The notes beneath the pieces are model-generated. The model saw only the letters and a program-made list of their open reading frames with translations, made no database searches and was not told the origin of the DNA. From the NCBI GenBank assembly GCA_009103225.1, contig RHPI01003369.1, forward strand, positions 1 to 64,000: a DNA stretch of 64,000 nt. The letters are read 5' to 3'. A program made the translations under genes and the position numbers. Below, piece by piece: positions 33,693 to 47,570 of this stretch (position 1 is the first letter of the stretch; every line of letters starts with the position of its first letter). The stretch is from Chlorokybus atmophyticus. Its lineage: Eukaryota > Plantae > Mesostigma and Chlorokybus algae.

Positions 33693-33765
33693 GCGGATTT
33701 AGCTCAGTTGGGAGAGCGTTAGACTGAAGATCTAAAGGTCATGTGTTCGATCCACATAATCCGCA
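33693..33765 (+). tRNA. trnF-GAA: tRNA-Phe (GAA)
   Basis: 73-nt cloverleaf: acceptor GCGGATT/AATCCGC, D-arm GCTC/GAGC, anticodon arm TTAGA-CTGAAGA-TCTAA, T-arm ATGTG-TTCGATC-CACAT. Confidence 0.97.
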
Positions 33766-34117
33766 GCGAGGAATACCCTTACCAGGACTCCTTTTGCGCA
33801 TTTGCACCCAATCTCTTGCCAAATCATTCTTTAGTGCAGACGCCCCATCCAACACTACGGGGTCTCAAATTACAAACTCCTTGTGCGCAAACCAATTGCA
33901 GACGCCCCATCGAACATTAAGGGGTCTCAAGTTACAAAAAGTCCCAACGCAACAAGGACTCCTTTTGCGCAATGCAATTAGAGGTTGTTGGTTCCGCAGG
34001 CACAACCCTTAATTGCTATCCATGCGCTAATGCAGGGAGCCTAGTCGAACGCACAAATTGTGTGAATCCATTGATAAATAAACACCTCAATAAGCGCGTC
34101 TTTTGCGCCTCATTCGT

Positions 34118-34461
34118 TGACATGAATGGATTGTTAGCAACAGTTTCCATTTGCCAATATTAAACGCCACTTCAACGCACCAAAAGTCGTAACTTATACA
34201 TGAGATCGTTAGCCTTATAGTGACCCCTTTTAAGTCATGCATTGCATCGTTTGCCAATCCCTTTATGAATTGATCAGCTTATGCACAGCTTATGACATGA
34301 ATGGATTGTTAGCAACAGTTTCCATTTGCCAATATTAGACGCCACTTTAACGGACCAAAAGTCGTAACTTACAAATGAGATCGTTAGCCTTATAGTGACC
34401 CCTTTTAAGTCATGCATTACATCGTTTGCCAATCCCTTTATGAATTGATTTGCTTATGCAC
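34118..34461. repeat. Two slightly diverged tandem copies of a 175-bp unit
   Basis: TGACATGAATGGATTGTTAGCAACAG... at 34118 and 34293; several substitutions between the copies. Confidence 0.9.
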
Positions 34462-35574
34462 GACGTGACATCAAAGCACGAAGGGTCTCAAGTTGCGATG
34501 AACAAGTATGACAGACTATGTTACAGGCTCATTGAGCACATGGTGCCAAGATCATCGTATACGATTTGAACTTTCATTAACGTCACTACCATAAGTATCA
34601 CGCACATCTCGCGCTCATATTTATACACATATATCGCTATTGATATTGTTGTTATATTGTCATGTGCACAAAGACTGAGAATATGACAAATTCTGGTTAT
34701 CAATGTCATGTACGCATGTGCTTTGCCAGGAGTATTACTATAACAAACACAAATGAACCATATGTGATAATAGCATCGTTCTATTGGTAATGGGCTACGA
34801 ATCAGTTACACAATATGTGACATTAAAGATTGATACGAGTATCGAGTCAACATGCACAATCTCTACCCTATCCAAGTGCCTCGGTTACATGGATGCATGC
34901 AATGCTTGCCAAGCACATTTCTTTGAGAAATCAATAGATAAGTAAACATATCAAGCGTTGACGCAATGGCACAATTTGCTCGTCCCCTTCATGCAGCACT
35001 ACAGCAATACCCCGATTCAGACCTCGCCTTGGTGCAAAGACCAGGCTGTAGCTTGTCAAGCAACACTGCCACAGTAGCAATGCGTTTGTTGGTTGTCTTA
35101 ACAACTTTTGCTGTGCTGTTGCGCTGGTACTCCACACTGCCTGCGTATTTGTGCAGGCTGAATGAAGCATATCACTAGTTCTCAATTGCAGCATGACCAC
35201 CGCTTGATTCCGCAAGTGAAAACAAACATCTGCACGCCAACATCTGACGCACTCAACCCTCGACTCCATGCACATGGATGCACCAGCAGCTTGATGGACT
35301 ACTACAGAAGTTTTCCACTGCACTCAAACCCGACAGCTGAATCTCAGCCGAGTGTACTGCTGTGTGCAACTCTGCCAGGACATATTCACACAAGTGCGTG
35401 ACACTGGTGACCCCATTGCTCCCTGCTTGTGAAACGATGCATACTCATGCTTGAACAACCTGTTGCATTTTGAGAAGGAAGAAACCCCATGATACTGATA
35501 TATCATATACGATACTGTGCTGCCTGGTTGTGATAGTCTGAACTGCACTGCAACTGAACTGGACTCAACTTGGT

Positions 35575-36030
35575 CTACTCTTCCTCAGTGAGTGCCTCCA
35601 CCCGGAGTAGGATGAAGCCGAAGGCCAGGCCGATGAGTGTGATGCCGATCATGACGGGGACGATGGCGAGAGTCTCTTCGCCGACGCCGTTCTTCGTGAC
35701 CAGGGCGCCGCCCCTTGCGCTCATGCCAGCTCGCACCTTGCGGGACAGCTCAGCGAAGCGCTCGTCGCAGCTAGTGGCCTGGAGGAGGAGGCGGCGGCGG
35801 CGACAAGCTCAGAGACGGACAAGACGGACCAGCATGACAATGTCGGCAATGACGGTAACTGCTAAGCTCACCTGGGCGAGGGCAGACACAGGGATGTCCT
35901 TCCTGAGGCCAGCGTAGTTGCGCATGGGCTTGACGGCGGGGGCGGCGGTGCTGGCAACCATGCGGGAGGGCTGCCTGGCGGCGGGGGCCAGAGACGGCAA
36001 GGCCAACGGGACGGCGGTGATGGTAGCCAT
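35575..36030 (-). CDS. petM: Cytochrome b6f complex subunit PetM precursor (exons 36030-35872, 35778-35575)
   Basis: Transit peptide followed by GEETLAIVPVMIGITLIGLAFGFILLRVEALTEEE*. Confidence 0.9.
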
Positions 36031-36139
36031 TGCTTAAGCTTGATCTACCGTTCCACAACCCGCGTCCTCGCCGCTCCCTTGACCACGGCGACGATAGCAG
36101 CAATATCGGCAACAACAACACCGCTCACCACCACAAACA

Positions 36140-36165
36140 CCCTAAACCTTGAGCCCTAAACCCTA
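36140..36165. promoter_or_regulatory. Telo-box motifs upstream of petM
   Basis: CCCTAAACC...CCCTAAACCCTA about 110-135 bp upstream of the petM ATG. Confidence 0.5.
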
Positions 36166-36687
36166 TCTGAGGTCTGGACACAATGTCCGCCGTACGATCA
36201 AGGCTGCGCAACCCAAGCCACGCGATACGAATGAGCATTGTATAAGGAGGCATCGCGCCGTGGATATGAGTGCAGAGCTGGAAACATCACATCATAACGA
36301 CACAAGTAACCTGTTGGTCATGACGTAGACCATTGATACCAAGGTAAGCATTAATGATATCAAGGTAGGCATCAAGATGATTGAGAAGAAATAATCATAA
36401 CCACGTGTAAATGAAAGCTTCATGCGTAAGTTGAATCCTTGGGTTTTAGGCAGGCATGGATTTGATCCTCATTGGATATAATGATGCTTCGTGGTTATCG
36501 TTTTTACCACGAGACATTACTAGATATGCTGTATGCAGGTTGTCTGCTTCAATTGCATGATGCATTACATGCATTGCATCACTGACACGACATGTATACA
36601 TATTTATGTTGTTATCCATGAATTGTTGTTCGTGATGCTCATTACATTTGTGATTGTACAACCGTACTTGTCATAACAAGTAATACC

Positions 36688-36987
36688 CAGGGTGGTCCCT
36701 GTATTTGCAATGCTTTGTCATCGTTTAAATACGCCTTGCAGCAATACTTTGCATTGCTAAGCTCCTGTAATGCTAGTGACAATCGTGCACATATGGACTT
36801 GTCGTAGGAATGTTGCAGAGCCAGCGCTGCGGGCTTCATTGATGTGCCGAATTGATGTGTTTGGCCCAAATGTTTGGTTCCAATGCACACAACCGTTGTG
36901 TATATAAGGGGTATGATACGGTGGCAGCATGCATGGTGTGGACAGTGCGAATGGCAGGCATCAGCACAAGCATACACACGCTTTACA
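36688..36987 (+). repeat. 300-bp direct repeat, copy 2 (ends at N join 36988)
   Basis: Matches 30584-30883. Confidence 0.9.
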
Positions 36988-37597
36988 NTCGGGCATATTC
37001 AACAAAACAAATGTCAAATGTTCCCAAGCAAACACATGTGGTGTACATGCAATGCGGAACGGCAATGCACATGCATAGTGGCATGCACAGTCAGCAGCAT
37101 GCAGAGTGACATAATGCATACCAACAACATCATTGTCATGTTGACCACCGGGTTCATTCACTACCTCACACGCTACACTACCCCTACCACCCCGTTAGCC
37201 ATGTAAGCATGCACATGCATATGCGTTCACCTGCACAATGGCCAATTGTACCAATTAGGCATGTAGTCCTCCGCTTTTATGGACCCCGTCTTCGAGGCAT
37301 GCAGCAAGGCGGAAGTGGCGGATGGAGGGGGTGGGGTGGGGGTGGGTATGTGCATGCGGGTATTTTTGGCACATGTGTGGTGCAACATTGACACAATGAC
37401 ACATATGTGCCATCTTGTACTGTGTCTGATATGTAAGTGCTCTTATTGAACACACACATGTAAGTTCAAGCTGCAAGTTATCAGCTTTGTAGATACTGTA
37501 TTCGCGTGTGCTACTATCACTTTGTGCGTACGCAGTACTGTAAGCAAATATGCCATTGTGCAAGCTTTTATGCAACTCCAATAAGTGATCTGCCGCT

Positions 37598-40087
37598 TTA
37601 TTGCGCAGGCTTGCTCTGCACCTGAGCAGCGTCCTCCAAAAGTGCAAAATCCTGCTCCGGCGCGTGCTTCCAGAACAAAGTGCAATACTCCAACCACGCA
37701 GGCTTCACCACGTGCTTCCCATGCTTGCGTGCCCACTTCACCTGCAATGACAGCAACAATCTGAATGCCCCACACGCACTCATGCTCACACGCACACGCG
37801 CATGCACACCACCGTGATTGGCACAACATATCCACCTTCTCTGTGCCTTGGTCGACTGCCACCACGTGCGTGACTTCCTCCGATGCCTCCTCCACGCATT
37901 TCGCCCCGAAGTCAATAGCGGACTGCCACAGCGGGTGCGTGACGGCGGCGCGCGTTGTGCGAGGGAAGATCCGGCTGAAGACGATGCAGCAGCCCTGGAG
38001 AACCCGCCGACGCGCCCGTTGCAGCACCTGTTGTTGAATCAGAGAAGTGTGTGTGCACTTGCGTGCATGTGTGCGTGTGTGTGGGGTGGGGGGGGTGGGG
38101 TGAGGGTGGGGGGGATTGTGTGTGCGGGCTGTCACAATGCCAGTGCATAGGCACACACACGCGTGCACATGCAATGCTCCTGCCATGTATCTCCACGTCA
38201 CTCAACCAACACTCACCTCTCGGACATCATGCTTCAGCAAGTCGAGCTCCGTGTCCTGTACAAAAGCCTTCAATGAGACACACTCTCACACTAGTTCTGT
38301 AAATCAACAGTCCAACACAAAGGAGAAAGCAAGATTCTGAATGTGCACCTGTTCTGACAAGGAGAAGAACTCCTGATGGACGTTGCACAGCACATCCAGT
38401 ATGCTGGCAAGCATCCCCTTGTGCGGGTCTTCATCGAGTCCCGACTCAAACATGGACGAGCCCTGCAAAGAGATAGCGGCTATCACAAACTCTGATGCAA
38501 TTGATGATTACAACAACTTTGATACATCGAGTCCACTGCACAACTCACCGGCAACCCGAACTGTCGTCGGCTACCCGGAAAGTAGTGGTAGCGCTCCAAC
38601 ACGACGAGGTTGGCTCTGTGTTTGGGCCACACCTGAGCAACAAACAGTTGTAAGCATGCGTGCGTTCATGCGTGAACGTAAGTGTGCATGCGCACGTGCG
38701 TGTGGATATTGTGTGTCTTGCATAATATTCACACAGTACATGGACGGTGTCGTCGAGGATGAGTACGGCTGTATCCGCCCCCAGCACGATATCCAGATCC
38801 TTCTGCGTCCTGCTCGTGCTATCTGACGCCGATATCACCCTGGGTCCGAAGAACCTCCCGTCCGGATCCAACAACTTGGCCATCTCCGCCGCGTACGCCC
38901 TCTCCCCCATCGTGTACACGTACATGAGGAACCTCTCCCCTGCCTTCTGCAAAAACTCCCTCACATAGGGCCTGAGTTTGGTCCACATGGCCAAGTGCTT
39001 GAGGTGGTGGAGTAGACCGGGTTGTTGTATCACTCCCCGCTTCTCGGCGTCCAACATGCTGTCCAACTTGGACGTGTCGGCCTGGGTCAAGTCGATGTGG
39101 CGGGCGGAGTTGAGGAGGGTGTGGTCCAAGTCGAGGATGAGGAGGAGGCGCTTGGATTTGAGGACGGTTGTGACCTCGAGCTTGCGGAGACGCTCGGCCT
39201 CATGCTCGCTCAACTCGAGACCTGCAGAGAGATGGGTGTTGGGAAGAACAACGAGCACGCACTTCCACACAACACTGCAGATATGTAACGGTTTATTGAC
39301 GGATACCGCACATACGCGCTTACGCATGCACGTACGCGCACACGCGCGCACACACAAGCAGACATGCACGCGCAGTACTGCGCTGGCGCGCTCACGGTAG
39401 TATATATGAAAGTTACTATCATCACCTGTAGTCAATCAACAACTCACCTGGGTGGACATAGTGGAGGTTCACGCCCCAATTTGCAGCCGCGCCGCCGTCG
39501 TCGGTTTCGGGGTCGACTTCGGTGCTTCTGTCCACGCCGCAGCGGATGCACACGCCGCGCATGAAGCCAGGGTGCGGAGGGCAAACTTTACTCTGACCTG
39601 CGTGTTTACGTGTGAGCATGTGCACGTGTACAATCGCAATGGTGACATTACCAACAAACAGCACTCACTTGGGTCGATGGCAATGTTGACAACCGCTGTC
39701 ACCTCTTCCGTGGTTCGCCGCTTCAACCGCCTCTCCGCGTGCAGATGATGCTCCTCGATGATAATGTCATCGTCCTCTCTCAGCCTGCAAACACACATAC
39801 ATCCCCTTACCCACCAACAGCAGCGGTCATATGTTACGCACACACAATCTGTTGCAAGTAATCCCTGTCACGCACCGAGTTTGTTTGAACGTGGTCACCT
39901 CCAACTCGTCCACCTGATCCCCATCCTCATCCCTGTTGTTGTCCTCATCTCCGCTCAGCTCCGCTTCAAGCAAGGAAGCGAAGTCCCTGGCTGCAGCGGA
40001 GTTGTCGCTCTGAGACGGTGAACCGGCCTCACCATCGTCAACCTGGTGACTGGTGGGCCCAAACTCATCCTCCTCGTCGTGATACAT
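37598..40087 (-). CDS. CPL4: RNA polymerase II CTD phosphatase-like (FCP1/CPL4 type, with BRCT domain)
   Basis: CPPHPGFMRGVCIRCG; LILDLDHTLLNS (DxDxT); WTKLRPYVREFL; YTMGERAYA; ILDDT; BRCT region VTHVVAVDQGTEK|VKWA...WLEYC. Confidence 0.9.
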
Positions 40088-42577
40088 TCAGGATGATGAC
40101 AAGACAACCGATTGCATGGTGGCGTCCACGTGTTCAGGATAGGTCACATGGGCTGGTTGTTATTGTTCCTTCTGGTTTTCCATTGTTGTTGCTGTTGATT
40201 GTCTCATGTTAGCTTCAGAGTCGTCAGCAGGTCATCGTCAACAGCAGGGTGACGTCGAGAGAGAGTCGCAAGAGCGTTCCTCCCCCTGCACACACACATA
40301 CACATGCAACAAGCAGTCGGCATGCTGTCTCTCGGATGCATCACAGCAAGCAACCCAACCAACCAACCAACCAACCAACCAACCAACACTACAGATACGC
40401 ACACGCCGAACCGGACTCAACGCTGACTAGACGCAAGACACACACACACACACCCATACACGACCTGTCCCGTCACGTCGTCAACTTCTGCGTCACTGCG
40501 CATCTGTGCGTGGCAACTCAACCACCAGCACAACCACGACCACGACCACCAACACCAGCAGTGTCGGTCGCTCCACCTGTTGCACAATGACGGACCTCCC
40601 TCCACGCTGCGATCTCTCTCTCCACTAAAAACCGCCAACTGTCAACGTCGCGTCAGCAACAGATCGTCCCGATGCGGCGGCGGCGTGGATGGGGAGCAGG
40701 AGGGCGTGAAGGAGGTGGAAGATGATGATGATGAGGAGGAGGAGGAGGAGGAAGTCGGCACCTTCCTGAGGCAAGTGCTTCAGCCACTTGCCTCTGGGAG
40801 GTGTTTCAGGTGCTCCCAATCTTTGTCGATCTCAAGAGTTGACTCGCTAGTGCTTTCTTATTTTCATGCACGCATGGACTGGCAGCAATAACCACTGGTT
40901 TGTCTACTTGTGATACTTACCCTACCTCTCTGGCATGCTTTGCTTCATATCCCTTTGTCTGCCGCTGTTGCTGAGAGGCATCGCGATCTATTGCGTGTTG
41001 CTGCGGCAGCAACTCTGCATGTCATATGGTGCTGCTGATGTTCAGTATTGTGCTCCTTTACAGTGTACCACGGGTCTCTGACGTGTGCATCATGGCTTAG
41101 GTATCAACCAGTATCACTATCAGTGTCACATTCATGAGTGCACTGCCAATGCTTTACAAGCAACATCACTATCGATGCTGAAAATTTGAGTGAAGGCAAA
41201 TAGCAGCTGGCATTCAACATGGCCCAATGCAAATTCTCTAGTAATCCAAGATGCTGTGCTGTGACAGATCTGGACATAAGCTCCTGCCAAGTTTGCTTTC
41301 TGTAGTTGGAGGGTAATTTCATGCCGTTGCTTGTACGATTAACCATACTCTTTCACACACGACAAATGTGCACTTGGCTGATAGGATCACGCGTGCAAGC
41401 GTGCGTGCATGAGAGTATGCGGGTGCGCACGCGTGCGTGTGGGAAGGGAGTGAATGTGGGTTTGTTAGCTTGTGGCTTGTAGGCTGTGTCTGAGTGTGGT
41501 CGCATGCTTGTGTGCGAGTGTGGTCGCATGCTTGTTCAAGTGTGTGTGTAAGGGTGCATGACTGTGTGTGCGGTTGCGTGCATGCATGCGCACTGGTGTG
41601 GGTGTGCTTCTGGTGCTTGGCTTGGATGGCACAAGCAGCTCGATGCCCCTAAAACTCAACCACTAGCTATTGGCACTGGTGTCACACCCACCGCACTGGC
41701 TGATTAGCACACACGCAACTGTGCGTGCGCACGTGTGTCTGTTCTGTGTGAGTACTAGTGTTTACTAGCTTCTATCAAGTGCACTGCAGTCACATTCCAG
41801 CCCACCATCGCAACCTGTGTCAACGATAATATTTCTGTTGACAGAGGTTGCAATGGTGGTTCCGGCAATGTGAGCCGCATTGCTTTGTCTATTGGCTTCG
41901 CTGTTGTCATGAGCGCCAGCGCTGTCGCCCATTCGTGTCTCATGATGACTTCGAGAGTGCGTAAACCGTGTCTTACTCTCATGGTTGTCAGCAGCAGCTT
42001 TTATTTGCAGACATTTGCGAGACATTCTGCTTTTTATGCGCGGTGACAGGCTCGTCAGGAACAATCTTCGCTGATGTTTGCAATTTAGGCATATGTACGC
42101 CACCTGCAGGTGGTGCGGCACCCCTGGTTGTTAGCAGTTTCAGCCTTCTTAGCTCTATCATGGTGGTCGTGCGTTGTTGATTGTGTGATCCACTCGTGTT
42201 GGCTTTCTGTACACTGAAGTTGGCGAAGCAGTGACAGCACTCTTAAGCAATGCCAAGTTGTTGAGGACGTTTGCGTGCAGACATAGGCCTATGCATATGC
42301 ACGACTGATGCACATGGTAAATCAAAGGGGCCAAGAATACGAGCAATCACAGAACATCACGAATACCAACAAGCAACCACACACAAATAAACTCAACCAC
42401 TCGGCATGCGTGCATAGCTTGCAATGGCGACCCGATGGCAAGTTAGAGCACCTGTCACACAACAATTGGTCGGTTAGACCTCAAACAGCTTCAACATAAT
42501 GCACCTGCCAACCACATGTATTATTGGCAGCAGTGTTCTACAGCATGCATCAGCGGAGACTGCATGTCAGTTGTTCA

Positions 42578-43537
42578 ATGGCGGAAGCAGGTGGCGGTGG
42601 CGGTGGCGGCGTGGGCGGCGAGGGCGCTGCGGCGGTGAGGCGGCTGGTGGCGGCGGTGGGCGCGCTGCTCGTCCTACTGCGCCACGTCGCCTACAACGGC
42701 GCCACCGCCGCCGGAGGAGGAGCCAACCCCGCCGCAGCCGCGGCCGCCTCCCAGCGCGCGCAGCTGCTCGTGCAACAGGTGCCTTGATGTTTATAATGAT
42801 GGTATTGGTGTTACTAATGCTAATGGTATGGGTGCATGAATGGGGAGTGCCGTGATGATATGTTCGACCATTGCAACAAACGTTATGCCAGTAGCGTGCA
42901 TACGTGCACAATGCCTCCAAGGCATGGTAGAACGCACTCACTTTGTTTTGTTTTTGATTGTGTGTGTGTACTGTCAGCCACTCGCGTGACAGCCGGTTCT
43001 TATGCAGTCAATGCACCCCTATGCATGCATGATAAGGCAATTGCCATGCGCGTACACATGCGTGTGTGGCACTGAAGCGATAGCAATACACACGCTCTAC
43101 TACAAATCTCGGCATGTGCATGCTAAAAGGTAGTATCCCTGTCAACCAACTGACTGATCGAACGCTGTGTTGGAATCTGTTGTCGTTGTGCAACGCAGAT
43201 TGCAGAGTCGCTGGCCAAGACGCGCAGACTCCTCAAAGCCTTGAAGCAGGGAACAAACGAGCAGCAGCAGCAGCTACAACCACCACCACAGCCACCACAG
43301 CCACCACAGCCTCAACAACAGCAGCAGCAACAAGTACAAACACAACCACAGCCACAACAACAACTGCCACAACAGCCACAACAGCAGCAGCAGCAGCAGC
43401 ATGAGAGGCTGCGGGCATTGAGGGAGGAGTGCGAGCGCAAGAATGCCGCGCTGGGGGTGCTGATTGGCCGGCTGAGGGAGCTGCTGGCGGATGTCGCCAC
43501 CATGCAACCGCTGCCGCCCCTCCCGGCAGACAGGTGA
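42578..43537 (+). CDS. Mediator subunit 30-like protein with poly-Q tract (exons 42578-42778, 43199-43537)
   Basis: In-frame splice; C-terminus ECERKNAALGVLIGRLRELLADVATMQ resembles the plant MED30 C-terminal helix. Confidence 0.5.
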
Positions 43538-44163
43538 TATGTAAACCGTAGCACGCACGCGTGCAGCAGGCTGAGATGGAGGAGGCTCTGTCATCCAGAA
43601 TGTAGCAGCCGAGTTCAACACAGGTATGGGCGTATGTGTGCGGGGTGCTCTATCATATATGCTGGCGCAAGCATTGTTGACATGCGCACTCTGCTGCTGC
43701 ATTGTGTACATGCATGTGTGTGCAGTTGTGATGGAGTTTTCCGGTTGCTGCCATGAGATGATTGGATTTATGTCACAGAAGCAGGGGTCATGATGGGGCA
43801 ATGTGTCCGAGCTACACCTGCTTTAGCCACAAGCACAGGAGATATTGAGTGAAGCCAAAAGATGGCCATCTTTGCTTTGATATGGCCTGTTGGCATCCAT
43901 CTTTGATGTGATCACCTTGTTGAGTTTGGGTTCTATAAGTATGCAGCAACTGTGCCCGCTTACTGAATATGACCGACATCAACACAACAAACAAGTTGCA
44001 GTCAATGCGTGTTAGTGCCTCAACTTTCACCACACGACATTGGCACGTACATCTGTAGTGTTTGCCGTACATCTATAGGTTGACTTCAACAGTAGCATAT
44101 CAATATGACACAACGGCTGCAGCAGTCCAGCTACAGCTAGTAATAATGATAGTACAACAGACA

Positions 44164-47100
44164 TCAAACTGTTCTTGCTGTCTGCGTCAGCCAGCGACGC
44201 AGGCCGGCGGCCAGCTCGACCACATCACCATTTGTACCGCATGAGCAGCGCCACGGGCGAAGTGTGGTTGTCACCCTCTCCAGCCTATCTGTTAACCGCA
44301 CGCAGAGCCGAGTGGCCGACCCATCACTCGTCACAACCTGACAACTTGGATGTCAGCTCAACTCTGTTGTGAACATGAGCACACTGAGTGCAACCAATGC
44401 ACACGGCCAAGCGAAGAACAACACACCAACTCTTCTGCATGCATGTGCGTGAGTTGACTGAGTACAGCCAATGAGCATGCCTTGTACAGAGTACGCTAAA
44501 GCAGCCAAATACCTGTACAGAGCACTGGTATGCGAGTCGGCAGAGCAGTGCAAGTGCTTCGGGTAGCAAGCATGTTGGCATGTATGCACCCTGCGGTAAT
44601 TCCTCTGCGTACGTGTCATCATGAAACTGTATCTCCTGCTGCACGAGGCGCATGAGCAGCACCAAGACCCCACCCGCGCCCTCCTCCACGCCGGTGCCAG
44701 GCTCGCTCGGGTCGCACGACAGCAGCGCAGCCACACCTCCGTCGGGATACGCCGCGATGAAGTTGACAAGCCGCACGGCGGAGGTGTGAAGCTCCCGCGC
44801 ATCACGATGTTCCCAACCACCCGTGTCAATGCATTGCAGCGTGCGTCTCAGCTTCAGCTCCCACACGCTGACAGCAGGTGGCTCTTTGCTCTTACTCCTG
44901 TTGTCGCCCGCATTGATCGCGTTGATGCTCACAGAGTTGCTCACGTCACTTGAAGTTCGTTGCAGCTCAGGGAGCTCAGACGCAGGAGGAGCTGCAGCAG
45001 GAGCCTCAACGTCCGGTCTCAACCTCTGCAAAAAAGCCGAGAGCGCTGCCATGTCCTGCAACACCACATGCAACAGCCACACGGCTTCTTTGCGCACTAG
45101 TAGCGGCTGAGAGGGCTGCAGGCAGTCTGCTATGAGCCCATTTTCCAGCAGCCCGAAAAGGAGCTCTGATCTGCCTCGTGACATTGCCTCAACGCCGACG
45201 ATGTTGAAGAAAGACAGTCCTTGGAGCCTCACTTCAGACGCTTGTGAGCGCTGCAAGCGAGTTGTGACGGTTCCCAGCACGTCCGAGTACACGCCTTCAT
45301 CACTCCCGTTTGCAGTCAAACAGCTCCTGAATCGGTCTTTCAGCTGCGCCGGCTCTCCTTGAATGTAAATCCGCGTTGATTGAAACACAGGATGCCGCTG
45401 CAGCTGCGATTGTGAGGTCTTGATATCCGCTGGTGCAGGGAGGCTATCAACAACAGTGCTGTTCGCATGCTTCAATCGATGTTCTCGCAGCAAGGCTGAG
45501 CTTGCAGTGGTTGCTCCTCGCAGGATGCATGCCATGGTGTCCCGGTCACGCGCTGCCAGCTGGCAAAGCACTTCCATCGCACCGCTGTGGCAACCATCGC
45601 TGTGCCGGTCGCTTGCGATGACAGCACGAAGCGGACGCAACAGATCTGCCGGCTTGCATCGCCCGCTCGCTGCATCAACCATACATGAATACAGCTCTCG
45701 GCCTGATGTAGAGGCCACATCCGCTCCCTCTCCTCCTCCTTTGTCTTTCTCCTGATGGTCCTTTCTAACATCTTCCGTCAACAGCGAGTACAGACCGCTT
45801 GAGCACGAAGACAGCAACCGCCGGACCAACTCGGCGCGCTTGCTGCTGCTGGCAGGCAACAGCACCACTTCATTGCCAGTGCTTGATGATGTAATCGCCT
45901 GCGGCTGCATCCTCGCAGCAGCAAATGTGACATTGCTTTGCTGAGCCGATGGAGCCAATGGATTGGCTGCTAATGCACCCGCCCGGCCATGTGAAGCCGC
46001 ATCCGAGTTGGCAGGAACTGTGTGTCCAGCCTCATTGCCATTCGCGTGCACTCCAGCGAGCCTCTCGGGCTGCCCCTGTGCTACACAAGGCCTAGTTGAG
46101 GGTTCCACTCCTGATGACGAAGAAGGTGCTAGCACCTGATGACCAACACGACAATTATAACCTCAGAGCGTGTATGTTCAAGTCTCAACTCTGTCTCATA
46201 TGTGTCAACACACCTTCCTGTTGACGGGCAATGCGCCCGACTTGGTACTCGCGGCAGCTGCGGAAGCCTCTTCGGTTCGGCTGTTACTTGCGGCAACATT
46301 CACGCGGTTCTCGTGATCCATCCTGCGACGCTTCTCCTCGGCCAACTCCTGGTCTTTGAACATCAGCTGCGACCGCAGCCGCTCCAAGTCGCGGGCTATA
46401 TCTGCCTGCATGCCACCATGAACAAGCATGCCAAGCAACACAAACCGAAAGTATGTTGTAGGCCGTTGCATGTAACAACCATAAAGACGACACAACAGCA
46501 GCAACAACAAGAACAGCCACAACTGACCTGGCTTTTGGCGTTGCGCTGGCTGGCTTGTGCGTCGGCGAGCTGCCGACGAAGGGAGAAAGCGTCTTGTTCC
46601 ATTGCGGCCATGCGCGACCTCAGAATAGCCACCTCGCCCTCCTTTTCCGCCACTGTTCGGCGCAGCTGGAAGTTCTCTGTCTGAGCTCCATTGTTGGCAT
46701 AACCACCTGCCAACAGACGGAACAGTAAGACTATAGTGTGATATGTACACGAATATAGCTGAACATGGACACATAAAAAATCACGGGGACTGCAGGAAAA
46801 AGATCACTGACGCAGGCAAGGAAGCGATCTGCAATTGCACTGTGGTACATCAATGGCAGTGCAAGCACAGCCAATAAAGTGCAGCTGTTCCAGAGCTTTC
46901 ACAAGCTTGCAACGCGTGATGTGCTTGCATGGCGACATCCACTCAAGAAGCAACACCTGCCCAGCAATACCACAATTGCCACATTGACCATGCAATACCA
47001 GAATTACCATTGTATGGTGCTGCCGAAGTTGTTGTTTGGTATGCTGAAGGAGCGGCAGCAGCAGTATGAGGAGGATGCTTATCAGGCGGCACGTAGGCTG

Positions 47101-47329
47101 GCTGCCTGTGGTCAAGCTGCTGCGGCACAAGAGAGGATCCAAAGCTGCCAGCCTGAAAAGGAGGAGCACTCGCAACCTGGTAAGCTGCCGATGCTTTGGT
47201 GGTTGGTAGTGGTTGTGGAGGTTGTGCGGCGGGTTGCGGCTGCGTGGACCCGCTCCGCCTGGCCGCCGCCAGCTCCTCAGCCTTCCTGATGGCCTCGTCG
47301 ACGGCGTCCAGGTCCCAGTCGTCGTCCAT
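44164..47329 (-). CDS. ATR-interacting protein (ATRIP/SUV2)-like
   Basis: Acidic start MDDDWDLDAVDEAIRKAEE; coiled coil EKEGEVAILRSR...DLERLRSQLMFKDQEL; helical-repeat C-terminus VRKEAVWLLHVVL; last exon ends VVELAAGLRRWLTQTARTV*. Confidence 0.7.
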
Positions 47330-47570
47330 GCCACCATACGCCACCCCCGCCGCCGCCTCCACCACCGCGTCCAGCAGCAAGCTTCACACCTATTCTGTTA
47401 CTGCAGCATGCAAGCGTTGCAGCAAGGCGGCAGGGCAGCGTAGCTGCTGCTGTGTGAGAGAGTGTTGCTGCTTGTGCAGCTTGCTTGTATAGCTAAGCTC
47501 TCTGTGTAGCATTGCTGGACGTTTGGTTGGAACTGTTAGCTTGACGGGCGCTGTGCATTGTTAGCCAGCC

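Noticed and set aside
40580-42200. Acidic stretch (DDDDEEEEEEE) and exon-like fragments between CPL4 and MED30-like
   Set aside because: Could not assemble a stop-free spliced frame or assign a family.
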